From: a virus
Taxonomy: Duplodnaviria; Heunggongvirae; Uroviricota; Caudoviricetes
DNA length: 64,000 nucleotides
IMG/VR virus record: IMGVR_UViG_2901984674_000003
Strand: one strand, 5' to 3'
Each line of letters begins with the position of its first letter. Positions within the stretch are counted from its first letter, which is position 1. The position numbers and the translations under genes are program-made. The notes beneath the pieces were generated by a model, which saw nothing but the letters and a program-made list of their open reading frames with translations, did not search any database and was not told where the DNA came from. Positions 44,837-55,589 of the stretch are shown piece by piece.

Positions 44837-46195
44837 ATGTTACATATGATAGGTTTAGGATTATTAGTTGTTTTAGTAGTTGGAATAGTTATTGTTTTAC
44901 TTAATTCGTACAAGAAAGTGGCTCCAAACGAAGTCTTGTTAGTAACAGGTGCGTTGCTAACAGGCCCTTATGTCCAAGAAAACAAAGACACAAATACTAG
45001 AATTAAAGTTGTTAAGGGCGGTGGAACTTTTGTTATTCCAATCGTCCAACAAGGATTTGTACAAAGTTTAGATACATTTAATGTTGATGTCGATGTAAGG
45101 AACGTGATGACGAAAGGCATGGTTAAGGTTAACGCTTCTGCCAATGCTGTATTAAGAGTTGGTTCTACACCAGACATGATTGCTACAGCGTCCGAAAAGA
45201 TTTTAGGTTTAGATGAAGAAGAACGTGAGAACCAAATGAAACAAGTAGTTTATGGCGGAGTTCGTGAAGTACTTTCAGGCTTAACTCCACAAGAAGCTAA
45301 CGATAGAGCTAAGTTTAGAGAAGAAGTTGTGGCAGGCATTGAAGAAACATTCTCGAACATGGGGCTAGAAATTACAGCTTTCCAGATCAAAGATATTAAC
45401 GATGACGAAGGTTATTTTGAATCGTTATCTGCTCAAGAAGTGGCTGATAAAAAGTCTAAAGCACGTCAAGCTCAAGCTGTAGCTGATAAGGAAGCAACTT
45501 TGGTCGAAGCCCAAAACGCACAAGAAGCACAAAAGGCTAAGTTAGAAGCTGATAAATTAATTGCTCAAAATCAACGTGATACAGATTTGGCTAAGGCTGA
45601 ATATACGGCTGAAGTTAAGAAACAACAAGCTGTAGCTGACAATGCTTATAAAATTGCTGAAGTAGAACAACAACAATACGTTAACGAAAAGTTGGTTAAA
45701 ACTAACGAAACTCAATATCAAGCTACGATTATCACTAAACAAAAGGCAGACGCTCAAGCTTTGGTTATCGACAGTAAAGCAAAAGCAGAACAAATCCAAA
45801 TTGAAACTGAAGCTCAAGCTAATCAAACTAAGGTATTAGCTGAAGCTAATTCTGAAAAGATTACTAAAGAAGGTAAAGCTCAAGCTGACGCTCAAAAAGC
45901 TTTGGCAGAAGCTTTGGAAAAGAACGGACAATACGCATTGCAAAAGGCTATTATTGACGCTTTACCACAGATTGCTGATAGCTTTGCTCAATCAGTTGCT
46001 AACATTGATAGTCTAACTGTATTTGACGGTGCTGACGGTGTTGGTCGTCAAAGTGTAGCTGGGTTAAGTGAAACTCTAAGTTTTGTTAAGCAAGCAACAG
46101 GTATTGACTTAGCTGATTACATGCAAAAACAAGCAGTTGGAACAAGAACTATCGAAGGTCAAGTTCCAGTTACAGAAGAGCCAAGTCAAGAGTAA
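44837..46195 (+). CDS. Flotillin-like SPFH/band-7 family protein
   Basis: N-terminal TM, an SPFH core, then a long Ala/Gln/Lys/Glu heptad coiled-coil (AQEAQKAKLEADKLIAQNQRD...). Confidence 0.7.
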   Translation: MLHMIGLGLLVVLVVGIVIVLLNSYKKVAPNEVLLVTGALLTGPYVQENKDTNTRIKVVKGGGTFVIPIVQQGFVQSLDTFNVDVDVRNVMTKGMVKVNASANAVLRVGSTPDMIATASEKILGLDEEERENQMKQVVYGGVREVLSGLTPQEANDRAKFREEVVAGIEETFSNMGLEITAFQIKDINDDEGYFESLSAQEVADKKSKARQAQAVADKEATLVEAQNAQEAQKAKLEADKLIAQNQRDTDLAKAEYTAEVKKQQAVADNAYKIAEVEQQQYVNEKLVKTNETQYQATIITKQKADAQALVIDSKAKAEQIQIETEAQANQTKVLAEANSEKITKEGKAQADAQKALAEALEKNGQYALQKAIIDALPQIADSFAQSVANIDSLTVFDGADGVGRQSVAGLSETLSFVKQATGIDLADYMQKQAVGTRTIEGQVPVTEEPSQE

Positions 46196-46211
46196 GAAAG
46201 CAGGTGAACTT

Positions 46212-46355
46212 ATGCCAGATCAAGATCCAAAAGCGTTGTTTAAACAAAGCTTACAAGAGTTAAAAGAAGCAGTTGCTGAGCTTAAGCAATCTTGGAAAGA
46301 GTTAAATCAAAGGCTTGATGAACTACATCAAGAAATTTTAGGAAGGTGGTGGTAG
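46212..46355 (+). CDS. Small coiled-coil protein (47 aa). The track ORF 46137..46355 begins at an in-gene TTG.
   Basis: ATG at 46212 after an AGGTGA RBS; overlaps the end of the flotillin gene. Confidence 0.3.
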   Translation: MPDQDPKALFKQSLQELKEAVAELKQSWKELNQRLDELHQEILGRWW

Positions 46356-46358
46356 GAT

Positions 46359-46829
46359 ATGCCCAACAGTATAGCAAACCTAGCAATTAGCGCACATAGC
46401 TTAGTTTACATCTTGACCTACGTATCTTGTGGGTTGTTGGTACTAGCGATAGCGTTATTGCTTTTTCAAAAGTTCGATAGACGTAAAGCTAGACCGATTG
46501 TTAAGTACACAGTCAAACCTATGAAGGTACTCACTGTTACTATTATGGTTTTAGCAGGATTAGCAACTGGTTTTTATTTAGGAGTAAGTTCAGCGTTTGC
46601 CTCAGCTTACAGTAAGCCAGTTGTGTATACAGTTCAAGGAGTTAATAAAGATAACATTGTTGTAAAGAGTGATACAGGCAAGGTTAAAAAGGTTGATTAT
46701 GACGCTGCAAGAAACCTAAGCAAAAAGCAAGGTTTCAAGAAAGGTCAAAAGATTGATTTAGGTTCTAAAGAGCTAGTCAAAAGCACTCCAAAGGACGTTA
46801 GGAAATTGCTTGATAAATACCCTATATAA
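46359..46829 (+). CDS. Membrane protein (2 TM), possibly flotillin-associated
   Basis: 156-aa ORF with hydrophobic segments at 10-40 and 55-80. Confidence 0.45.
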   Translation: MPNSIANLAISAHSLVYILTYVSCGLLVLAIALLLFQKFDRRKARPIVKYTVKPMKVLTVTIMVLAGLATGFYLGVSSAFASAYSKPVVYTVQGVNKDNIVVKSDTGKVKKVDYDAARNLSKKQGFKKGQKIDLGSKELVKSTPKDVRKLLDKYPI

Positions 46830-46841
46830 ATAGGTAGAAAA

Positions 46842-47279
46842 ATGGAAAAACCAGATTATTATTACATGACAACCGAGCGTTGGTTCAACAAAATCATGGA
46901 AGAAAATAACTATCAAAAATCCAAAGCAGTTGAAGTCCATTTGAGAATAGCTAAGCATTATGCCACGATTGTAAATTCGTTGGTTAAGAACTTAAAAGAT
47001 CAATCTGAGTCAACACAAGCTAAACTGTATATCTTTATTAATCAAAACAATGACAAACGCATTAAGAAAATGTGGGACGCAGTAGACACAGCTAAGCTAG
47101 AAAAGATGCAAGGCTGGAAGTTTGTAGAAGATGGTGAAACTTTCATCTATTATCTACAAGTTAAATACAAGGGAAATCTAAGAGAAGTGAGCGATGAAGA
47201 AAACATGCAAATTAACCTGATAACATGGTACGATCAAGCTTATCGCAAACAAGTTAATGAAGGTATTTTATTAGCTTAA
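46842..47279 (+). CDS. Hypothetical protein
   Basis: 145-aa ORF. Confidence 0.45.
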   Translation: MEKPDYYYMTTERWFNKIMEENNYQKSKAVEVHLRIAKHYATIVNSLVKNLKDQSESTQAKLYIFINQNNDKRIKKMWDAVDTAKLEKMQGWKFVEDGETFIYYLQVKYKGNLREVSDEENMQINLITWYDQAYRKQVNEGILLA

Positions 47280-47333
47280 ATAATCGTATTTTAGATTTCT
47301 TGCACAACAATAATTAAGAAAGTAGGAATAAAC

Positions 47334-47573
47334 ATGATTTTACTTAAAAGAGATATTAACGATGGAGAATACTTACTAACAGCAGAAGAAGGAGCAAGCC
47401 TAGGTTCTAACTTTGTTGATCCAGAAGCTCCTAAGACAGAACAAGGTATTCAAATGGTACAACACATTGAAGCACACAATATTCGAGCAGTGGCATTTAC
47501 TTTATCTAAGAAAGGTGTAGTACCGCTTTATACCAACAGACAACTTCAAGTGCCAGCTGAAAACTTAGAGTAA
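47334..47573 (+). CDS. Hypothetical protein
   Basis: 79-aa ORF. Confidence 0.4.
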   Translation: MILLKRDINDGEYLLTAEEGASLGSNFVDPEAPKTEQGIQMVQHIEAHNIRAVAFTLSKKGVVPLYTNRQLQVPAENLE

Positions 47574-47758
47574 GCTGGGTTGTTTATGAGTAATAAGAAG
47601 ATTTATTTCATCAAGGAGCTTTGTCATATCATTGCTTACCTAACGATTTTATTAATCATATTTCTAAGGTTGTTTGGAGCAATTGACGTAAGCTGGGACA
47701 AGATCCTTATTACAACAGTTATTATCTATATTTTGCAATAATTCAATGGAGGAATTTT

Positions 47759-48598
47759 ATGAAGAATATTTACAAAGGTTTATTAATGTCTAGTGCGATG
47801 GTAGGTGCTGCTATTTCAGTAAGTTCTAAGGCTAATGCCGACCAAGTTACGGTCAAAAGTGGAGATACTTTGTCACAAATCGCAAATAAAGCTGGAACAA
47901 CGGTTGAGAGCCTAAAGATTAACAATAACTTACAAGATGTAAATAAGATTTATACAGGGCAAGAAATTAAGGTTGATAACAACGCTCAATCTAGCGTTAA
48001 GACTTATACGGTTAAGGCTGGGGACTCACTATGGAAGATTGCTCAAGCTAATGGTTTAAGCGTTGATGAACTAAAGTCAGTCAATCATTTAACTGGTAAC
48101 TTAATTTTAGTAGGACAGGTCTTGAATTTAGAAAAAGGTCAAAGCCAAGACAACACGCAAGCACAAACTCAAGCACCAAGCGATGCACAAGACAACACGC
48201 AAGCACAAGCAAGTCAAACACAAGCTCAAACTCCATATCAGCAAGTGCAACAAACACAAACTCAAATTCAAAATCGACAAAACTTGTACAACTGGCAAGC
48301 TAAGCAAAGTGCAAACAACGTGCAATCAAATGTGCAAGCTAGTGCTAACAGTGGTTACACATCTAATGTATCAGGCTCAGACCAAGCTGCTAAAGCATGG
48401 ATTGCTCAACGTGAATCCAGCAATAACTACAACGCAAGAAACGGTCAATACATTGGTAAATACCAACTTTCATCTTCATATTTAAATGGAGATTACTCAC
48501 CAGCTAATCAAGAACGTGTAGCCGACCAATACGTAACTAGTCGTTATGGCTCTTGGACTGGCGCACAACAATTCTGGCAAAGCCATGGTTGGTACTAA
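47759..48598 (+). CDS. Secreted peptidoglycan-binding protein: signal peptide, 2x LysM, a Q/T/A-rich linker and a C-terminal Apf-like / lytic-transglycosylase-like domain
   Basis: LysM motifs (VKSGDTLSQIANKAG..., VKAGDSLWKIAQANG...). The C-terminus AWIAQRESSNNYNARNGQYIGKYQL...WQSHGWY is typical of Lactobacillus Apf/SLT-like domains. Confidence 0.65.
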   Translation: MKNIYKGLLMSSAMVGAAISVSSKANADQVTVKSGDTLSQIANKAGTTVESLKINNNLQDVNKIYTGQEIKVDNNAQSSVKTYTVKAGDSLWKIAQANGLSVDELKSVNHLTGNLILVGQVLNLEKGQSQDNTQAQTQAPSDAQDNTQAQASQTQAQTPYQQVQQTQTQIQNRQNLYNWQAKQSANNVQSNVQASANSGYTSNVSGSDQAAKAWIAQRESSNNYNARNGQYIGKYQLSSSYLNGDYSPANQERVADQYVTSRYGSWTGAQQFWQSHGWY

Positions 48599-48608
48599 TA
48601 AGAAGTAG

Positions 48609-49091
48609 GTGGTTTTATTGAAGTCAAAGTCATACTTTCAAACAATAGCTATCACAATTACTGGCATTTTAACCATTGCCATTATTGTAGGGGCTATTTT
48701 AGGGATTACACATAGGAATAATAAAAGTTCGTATCAAACAGTTGATACACCGATTAATTTAAGCATAAGTCAACTAAACAAGCATCAAGGTGAGGCTTAT
48801 CTAGTGTTAAGACGAACAGGTTGCAAGCATTGTGAACAAATGGAATCAACAATTGTGCCTAAGGTTAAACAACTAAGAAAACAAGGTAAGACAGTGTATG
48901 TTTTAGATTTAGCTAAAATGGATAAAAAACAATTATCATATATCGCTAAAAGTTTCCCTGTTTTACTAGTCGATCAAAACCGTATCAAAACACCAACTGT
49001 AGCTAAGATTAAGTCTTTAGGCAATCGTTGGTTAGTAGTTAAGTTCGATAACACTAACTCTAGGGCAAACATAAGCGAGGTGCTGAAATAA
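48609..49091 (+). CDS. Membrane-anchored thioredoxin-like protein (CxxC)
   Basis: N-terminal TM, and TGCKHCEQM inside a thioredoxin-fold-like context. Confidence 0.5.
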   Translation: MVLLKSKSYFQTIAITITGILTIAIIVGAILGITHRNNKSSYQTVDTPINLSISQLNKHQGEAYLVLRRTGCKHCEQMESTIVPKVKQLRKQGKTVYVLDLAKMDKKQLSYIAKSFPVLLVDQNRIKTPTVAKIKSLGNRWLVVKFDNTNSRANISEVLK

Positions 49092-49838
49092 ATGAATAGT
49101 ATCAACGTACCATGGATTTATTTATTGCCTTGGATAATGTTTGCTTTAATGTTAATCGCAAATATTAATTTAATGGTTTACACAAGCCCTAGTAGTGATG
49201 AAGCAGTAAACCTAGACGGTGGGCTTAAAGGACTTTTTCAAAAGGTTTTTACTAAAAAATCAAATAAAGTTAAGATCATTGCTGTTTATATAGCCATCAC
49301 ACTGGTTGAATTTATCCTTGTCTTTGGCTTGTGGTACTTCCTTAAATACAGTTTTCTTCATAAGATATTTGATTTTATAAACAAGGCAATTAACGCTGCA
49401 TTGAATGCTTTACCATTAACGGCTTTACTATCGTACGTAATGGTTCCGTTAATTATTTTATATATAATCTACATTACGCTAGGCATTAGAGCTTACCGTA
49501 AAAAGAAAGCTAGCTTTGAGGCTTGGAAAAAGAAACAAACAAAGCTTAAAGAAAAGCGAGCTAAGGAGCAATTACCAATGCCTAGTTTAACCATTAATGA
49601 TGTAAGTTCATTTTTGGCTTTCAAGCGAACTAAAGATTTAGTTGGAGCTAGGTATAAAGATGAAACATGGTTCCAATTATTTAATGAAGAACAATTGGCT
49701 AGGGTTAAAAAAGCTAGGCCTGACTTGCTTATCACAGTTGACAGATACCCTAGTATCTTGATGATAAACAAGGATAAGGCTGATGTTGTTTCACCAAGTC
49801 AAGCTATCAAAATCGTTAAGGGCGGTGGTGTAAAGTGA
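49092..49838 (+). CDS. Integral membrane protein
   Basis: 248-aa ORF with about 4 TM helices. Confidence 0.5.
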   Translation: MNSINVPWIYLLPWIMFALMLIANINLMVYTSPSSDEAVNLDGGLKGLFQKVFTKKSNKVKIIAVYIAITLVEFILVFGLWYFLKYSFLHKIFDFINKAINAALNALPLTALLSYVMVPLIILYIIYITLGIRAYRKKKASFEAWKKKQTKLKEKRAKEQLPMPSLTINDVSSFLAFKRTKDLVGARYKDETWFQLFNEEQLARVKKARPDLLITVDRYPSILMINKDKADVVSPSQAIKIVKGGGVK

Positions 49839-52669
49839 ATTTTGAATCAATTATTTGGTTTATCTTACATTATGTTTTGCCTTATGGTATCGCCTTTGCT
49901 GTGTTGTTTTGGTTGATTGAATTTAGCTTTAGAGCATGGATTAAAGCCAACATTGATATTGCTTGGGATAAGGTTATCACTGGCGCAATTATAGTTGGGT
50001 GCTTTGCTGGTCTTTGGGCTTTTTGGCATTGGACTTTACACCCTATACTATTGAAGCAACCAATTTGGGTTATGCTTGCAGCTAGGTTTCATACCTTTTG
50101 GGAATTATTCTTACAATCACCGTTTATGCAATCCATTCATCAAAAGTATGAACTAGTTTCGCACTGGATTAGCACTAAGATTGGTGATTATCGTTGGTAC
50201 TACTGGCAAGCGTTTGTTGTTACCTTCTTTTTTGGAGCGATTATCGACAGCATTGCCTTAGTTTGGAGAGTATCTTTCCCACGAACAGCTAACGTAGTTG
50301 TTCCAGCTTATCTAACATTCCCTAGAGTATTCTTATACCTAGTCGGTAGACAAACACCGATGGCAGACTTTATTCTAGCTGGTAAACTTAGAGCTAAAAT
50401 CAAAGAAAACCTAAACGACAGTTACGAAGCTGCGGTACAAGGTTATCAAGACAATGGACAACCGTTTAAAGATGGAGCAGGGGGAACTGCTGCTACACAA
50501 ACTAAAAAAGCTACGGCGGTAGCGATGAGAAGAACTAAGATTAAGATTAAAACTACCGCTAATGGAGTCAGAGAAGCACAAATCTTAATCAGACAGTCAA
50601 GAGAAACTGAAACCGACCGCTCAATTGAAAATGCCCTTAAAGGCTTAGGCGATCGTATTTCTGGCAACTCAATCTTCTTTCCATCAGACCCTACATACAA
50701 CTCTAAGTTAAAGGGTTATACCTTTAACTCTTCAGTTAGTTATGAAGCTGATGAACAACTAGGTGCATGGAAGGATATTTTTACTAATCCATTTAACCCT
50801 GACAATAGCACTAGTCAAGGTGGTAAAGGTTACTTAGTTTCATACTTTGAAAAAATTGGTTCGATCCTTAATTACATCGGTCATTTAACACCTTACGCTA
50901 TTTACAGACGTTTTATCAAATTGTCTGAATATAGATATGCGATTGATGAAAGTGCAGAAGTAGCTAACTTCAAGGTTCAACAAAATCTTGACCTAAGCGT
51001 AATTCCACCTGCTATTGATCCTAAAACTAAAAATGATGCAAAAACCCAACGTACAATTGCCATGCGTAAAGCCAAAGCTCGTATTCCAGATGTAACTATG
51101 GCTTTGAACGCTGTTAAGATCAACGGTCAATTCAAGAAGGTTGAAGTCGGCGGTAACAACGCTATTTACGAATATGTACTACCGCAAGACCCTAACTTGC
51201 CTGATAACTTTGATCGTATTCAAAAACAAATTGCTAACTACCTACGTATTAAAGCAACACCAATCGTTACTTTATCAGCAGGTATCTTAAAGCTTTCTAT
51301 TGATAATGGTGTAAACGTGCCAGCTTCATTTAGCGATATGATCCTAGCTCGCAAAAAGGGTGTATCAAACCTTATTTCAGGTATGTTAGGTGTTGATGAA
51401 TTAGGTAATCCTATCTACTTTGAACTAGGTGATAGCAACCCTCACGCTATCTTATTTGGTAAGACTGGTACAGGTAAGACAGTTACAATCATGACTATTG
51501 TTTATTCGGTTATGTCAGCTGTTGACCCTAGCCAAGTTAAGATGGTATTTATTGACGGTAAAGGTAACTCCTTTGAATTTATGCGCAACGATAAAGGACA
51601 CCCTAATCCATACGTTTATGCTCAACCTGCTGATGCGTCAGGGGATATTGAATATGCCAGAGCTTTAATCAAGCACCTTGAAAACGAAGTTAGAAGAAGA
51701 ATTGCTATCTTTAAAGAAAACTCAGTGCAAAAGTTGGCCGAATTTAATAAGAAATTCCCAGACCAAAAGATGCCTGAACTTTTAGTAATCGTTGACGAAT
51801 TTTCTGCAATCATGGATAAAGACAACGATCTAAAACCAACTGAAGTAAGCAAACTAGGAACAGCCGATAGGTTTGAATACTTAGCTAAGATGGCTCGTTC
51901 TACAGGTATACGTTTGTTATTCGCTAACCAAACAGCTCGTAAAGATAAGATTAGAGGTAACATTACCGCTAACATCACAGGTCGTGTATCGTTAGGACTT
52001 AGTGAAGCTATTGAATCTGACATTGCTTTGCCAGACACTGGTATCAAGGCTCACTTTATCTCACAACCTGGTGAGTTTTACTCTATCATGAACGGTGTTG
52101 CTAACTTTGAACACGGTAACTCACCATATCTTTCAGAAGATACCATGAACGCTTTGAACGACAGCTTAACCAAGAAGTTTGGTAGAAACGATTATGTAAT
52201 CAGTCGTGAAGAAGTTTTAGCAGAAATGGAAACTACGGTTTCTGACGGCGATGGTACCAACACTGACTATATAGATACAGAAGACGTTGCTATCCCAGAC
52301 CCTAAACCAACACCAGATTGGACTTTGGATAAGCTCAAAGCTTTAGATAAAAAGTACTGGTTCTACCTATACAATCACCGTGAAGAACTGATTGAAAATA
52401 ACACGAATAAAAAGGCACCTGAACTTCCTAAGCTTGACGACGAAAATAAAGATGGAGATCAAGGCAAGGCTGTTGGAAAATCAATTTTCCGTAAAAACCG
52501 TGAATCAAATTCACCTTACAATTCTTTCAAGAAGGAACTTGAAGAGTGGTATAAAGCTCAAAAAGACGCTGAAACCGTTGATTCTCATAGGTCTACTGGA
52601 AGTATTGTCGCAAGTTCAAGCGATAAGGTTAAAGATGTGACTGAAGGTAACGACAAGGGTCAACTCTAG
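49835..52669 (+). CDS. FtsK/SpoIIIE-family DNA-translocase-like ATPase with N-terminal TM helices; candidate conjugative coupling protein (TcpA-like)
   Basis: GTG start overlapping the previous stop. Walker A ILFGKTGTGKTVTIMT, Walker B LLVIVDEFSA and FANQTARK. Confidence 0.7.
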   Translation: MNFESIIWFILHYVLPYGIAFAVLFWLIEFSFRAWIKANIDIAWDKVITGAIIVGCFAGLWAFWHWTLHPILLKQPIWVMLAARFHTFWELFLQSPFMQSIHQKYELVSHWISTKIGDYRWYYWQAFVVTFFFGAIIDSIALVWRVSFPRTANVVVPAYLTFPRVFLYLVGRQTPMADFILAGKLRAKIKENLNDSYEAAVQGYQDNGQPFKDGAGGTAATQTKKATAVAMRRTKIKIKTTANGVREAQILIRQSRETETDRSIENALKGLGDRISGNSIFFPSDPTYNSKLKGYTFNSSVSYEADEQLGAWKDIFTNPFNPDNSTSQGGKGYLVSYFEKIGSILNYIGHLTPYAIYRRFIKLSEYRYAIDESAEVANFKVQQNLDLSVIPPAIDPKTKNDAKTQRTIAMRKAKARIPDVTMALNAVKINGQFKKVEVGGNNAIYEYVLPQDPNLPDNFDRIQKQIANYLRIKATPIVTLSAGILKLSIDNGVNVPASFSDMILARKKGVSNLISGMLGVDELGNPIYFELGDSNPHAILFGKTGTGKTVTIMTIVYSVMSAVDPSQVKMVFIDGKGNSFEFMRNDKGHPNPYVYAQPADASGDIEYARALIKHLENEVRRRIAIFKENSVQKLAEFNKKFPDQKMPELLVIVDEFSAIMDKDNDLKPTEVSKLGTADRFEYLAKMARSTGIRLLFANQTARKDKIRGNITANITGRVSLGLSEAIESDIALPDTGIKAHFISQPGEFYSIMNGVANFEHGNSPYLSEDTMNALNDSLTKKFGRNDYVISREEVLAEMETTVSDGDGTNTDYIDTEDVAIPDPKPTPDWTLDKLKALDKKYWFYLYNHREELIENNTNKKAPELPKLDDENKDGDQGKAVGKSIFRKNRESNSPYNSFKKELEEWYKAQKDAETVDSHRSTGSIVASSSDKVKDVTEGNDKGQL

Positions 52670-52721
52670 GTGTCAAATAGTCTTAATAAAAAAGTAAACA
52701 AAAATATTTGCTTTTATTTTG

Positions 52722-52760
52722 AAAGCCTTACAATCGTTGAATTGTAGGGCTTTTTCGATG
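52722..52760 (+). terminator. Rho-independent terminator
   Basis: GCCTTACAATcgttgaATTGTAGGGC followed by TTTTT. Confidence 0.6.
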
Positions 52761-52917
52761 CAACAAAAAATAAAGAAAACGTTTGAATAGGCTAATAATA
52801 ATTAATTTTTATTTGCTTTAGGCTTATTTTTTATTTACACTAATTGAGTAAAGAAAGAAATGCAATATGTGTTTCTTGCAAAAAATAAAATTAAGAGTTA
52901 AGGACAGGTAAAGATAT

Positions 52918-53634
52918 ATGACAAAACCAAATAAAGAAATTATTAAACTGTTTGAACGAGTAACAACCAAAGACCCTAGAATAACTGTAAAATATTTCAG
53001 TTCAATCTTTGGTTTTTTCAACTACTATTCAACCTCAGCTATGGGGACATTTTTAAGGCTTGCTAAAGACCCTGATGACGAAAGAACTTATGACGCTTTA
53101 GTTGACGCTTTGAAAATCCTTGATGAGTCCTTGATTGACTACAGCAATCTAACCATGCAAGATGTGGTTGACGCTTACGCTGAATACAACTTGTACAAGA
53201 AGAATATTTCTAGGTCACAATTATCTGTATTAGCAAACTTAAGTGACGGTAGTTTATCCAAGATTTTAAACAACAGTAATCCTAATGCTAAGCCTAACGC
53301 TTATGCAATTGATGTGTACGAAATGCTACGCTTAGACTTAATTCCTTCCTATAAGTTGGATTATAACTTTACCAATACACTTCAAAACTACCGTCAAATT
53401 CGCAACCTTATTTTCCGTGTTAGATTAGGCGATGGGTCTAACGCTTTATCTAACGCTGAACTAGCGAATAAATTGAACTTCGATGTAGATTTGTTTAATA
53501 ACCCTGAAAAGATTTGTAAGGACGCTCGTATCTACAATGAAATAGCTAATACGCTCTATAGATTGTTACCTAACTATTCGTTTGACTTCTCTAAGCGTAA
53601 AGACCAAGACACAACTTACATGGGGTTGATTTAA
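52918..53634 (+). CDS. Hypothetical protein with a possible HTH segment
   Basis: 238-aa ORF containing ISRSQLSVLANLSDGSLSKILNN. Confidence 0.45.
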   Translation: MTKPNKEIIKLFERVTTKDPRITVKYFSSIFGFFNYYSTSAMGTFLRLAKDPDDERTYDALVDALKILDESLIDYSNLTMQDVVDAYAEYNLYKKNISRSQLSVLANLSDGSLSKILNNSNPNAKPNAYAIDVYEMLRLDLIPSYKLDYNFTNTLQNYRQIRNLIFRVRLGDGSNALSNAELANKLNFDVDLFNNPEKICKDARIYNEIANTLYRLLPNYSFDFSKRKDQDTTYMGLI

Positions 53635-53635
53635 C

Positions 53636-54415
53636 ATGACTTTAATACAAAAACAATTTGAAGAATTACGTGAATTAGACCCTAGAATTAACGAAAAAAT
53701 GATTATTAAAAGCATTAATGTCGTAGACAGAAACAAGCAAAGTGTTATCAATTATTTAAACGGTACGATAGAGCCTTCGCCTGAGTTCTTAAGAGCTTGG
53801 AATAACATAATTTACCCAGGCTATAAAAAGAAGGTTGATAGCTACCCTAAAATAGGCGAACTTTACGCTTCAATTGACGATATATTAAAAGAAAAGGGTA
53901 GCCTTTATCAAAAGATTTTAAAACAAGCTCGTACATTTGATGTTGTGCTAGAGTTGGCGATGGAATTGCACGAAAAGGCTGATTACTACGATATGTACGA
54001 TATACTCAAGGGTAATCGTATCATGGGAAATATCTTAATTTACGCTAAATCTAAGTATATTTATAACGAGTTCCTAAAGCGTGATAAGATGATTAGCGAC
54101 ACCAATTTCTTAAAGATAATTGGCATGACAAACGACGCTAGTAAAGAGTTTCGTGACAACAATTACATTAGCGTAGATAAAGCTACACCTAACTTTGATG
54201 AATGCGTCGTCTTGGCTAGTAAAATAAACCATGTCAAACCAATTAGTGAAGATGAACTAAAAGAGTTTATACAAGGCATTGACAAAGATGTGCTTAAACA
54301 ATATGCCTCTAGTGTATTTAGACGTAAGGACTACTTTGACGTGTCGTTGAACAAAACGTTGCTAAAGAAGTATTACATGTTCTACTACGCTTATACGATT
54401 AGACAGAGTGCTTAG
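53636..54415 (+). CDS. Hypothetical protein
   Basis: 259-aa ORF, 2 nt after the previous gene. Confidence 0.45.
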   Translation: MTLIQKQFEELRELDPRINEKMIIKSINVVDRNKQSVINYLNGTIEPSPEFLRAWNNIIYPGYKKKVDSYPKIGELYASIDDILKEKGSLYQKILKQARTFDVVLELAMELHEKADYYDMYDILKGNRIMGNILIYAKSKYIYNEFLKRDKMISDTNFLKIIGMTNDASKEFRDNNYISVDKATPNFDECVVLASKINHVKPISEDELKEFIQGIDKDVLKQYASSVFRRKDYFDVSLNKTLLKKYYMFYYAYTIRQSA

Positions 54416-54552
54416 TCTATGATAGCATTAAAACAATGCTAGACATAAGGGCTAGTCGGTCGGCAGGCGACGGAAAAATCCTGTGATGATGACAAGAGTT
54501 AGGATTTATCCTAGCTCTTTTTTTATGCAAAAAGTTAAGTTAATAAAAATAG

Positions 54553-55566
54553 TTGAGTTATTTGCTGAAATTAGGGTATGCTAAGGGGTGTGGATCAAGG
54601 CTGGTTAACACTCAAGTACAACAATATAAGCAAAAACTTGATGAATATCAAAAAACACTTAATTCAGATCAGATAAATCCTGACTTAATTAGGCAAGAAT
54701 TAATACTTGGTAATGAAACAGACGCTAATATTAGCTATAAAGCATTGCGTAATGATATCAAAATAGGTTATGACAACAATAAAGATATGGCCGCTATGAA
54801 AGATTCAAAAACAAGTGTAACGGTAGACACTGATAATACAGGCAATCTAACTGGTAATATCATAGAAGTAACGTATTCTAATTTAAGTAAAAGCACTTAT
54901 AAAGGTAGGAAAATATCTAAAATTGTCGCAACATATAGTGATGCTATTAGAGGTAAACAAGCACCGTGGAACGTGCGATTACGTATAATGTCTAATCCTT
55001 TTGAAGGATTTTGGTATTGGCAAACTTTTGAGGTAAAAGTTGATTATAAATATTACGATGAGAACAACAATTTAATTAATTTTGACAATGATGATAGTGC
55101 TTGGATAACTGCTGGATCGCTAAATGCTGGTGGGATGAGACGAGAAGAAGTGACTCTAAACAGTAAAGGTAAAGTATATAGTTTTAGTGGATCTTCAGTT
55201 ACAATCCATGATGGAAATACACTATACTCAAACAAAGCAACCGATTTACCTAGTTATGGACACTCTTGGGAAGAACCAGATCATGATCCACAACCATATC
55301 CATGGGGAACTGAAGACTGGGATAAAGGTTTAGATGATCCACATGCTTATTTTGGAGCTGGAATTTTCAAAATAAATGGTTCTAATCTTAATACTACATA
55401 TCGCACAACTAGAGCTAATAATCTACCTGAAAATTATCCTGTTTGGGGGACATGGGCAACCATATCAACAACTATCCCTAAGTCAAACAGTGGTATCGTA
55501 CCACCGACAGTTCACTATCATCATACGAACGTTGCTTTGCTGTTGCACCAACTAAAAAAGTGCTAA
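54553..55566 (+). pseudogene. 5'-truncated fragment of an adhesin gene (antigen I/II-like V-region paralogue) ending in the conserved ...HYHHTNVAL junction motif
   Basis: It has no plausible ATG or RBS (the track starts at TTG). It is paralogous to residues about 400-625 of the 57764 adhesin (YKGRKISKIV..., ...GAGIFKINGSNL..., ...TVHYHHTNVAL). Confidence 0.5.
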
Positions 55567-55589
55567 AGCACACTTTTTTAAAAACTAGG

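Noticed and set aside
45557-45826. 89-aa minus-strand ORF inside the flotillin gene
   Set aside because: It is antisense to the coiled-coil repeat region and has no signals.
48128-48485. ORFs 48128..48325 (-) and 48183..48485 (+) inside the LysM protein gene
   Set aside because: They are alternate-frame or antisense readings of the Gln/Thr/Ala-rich linker and are low complexity.
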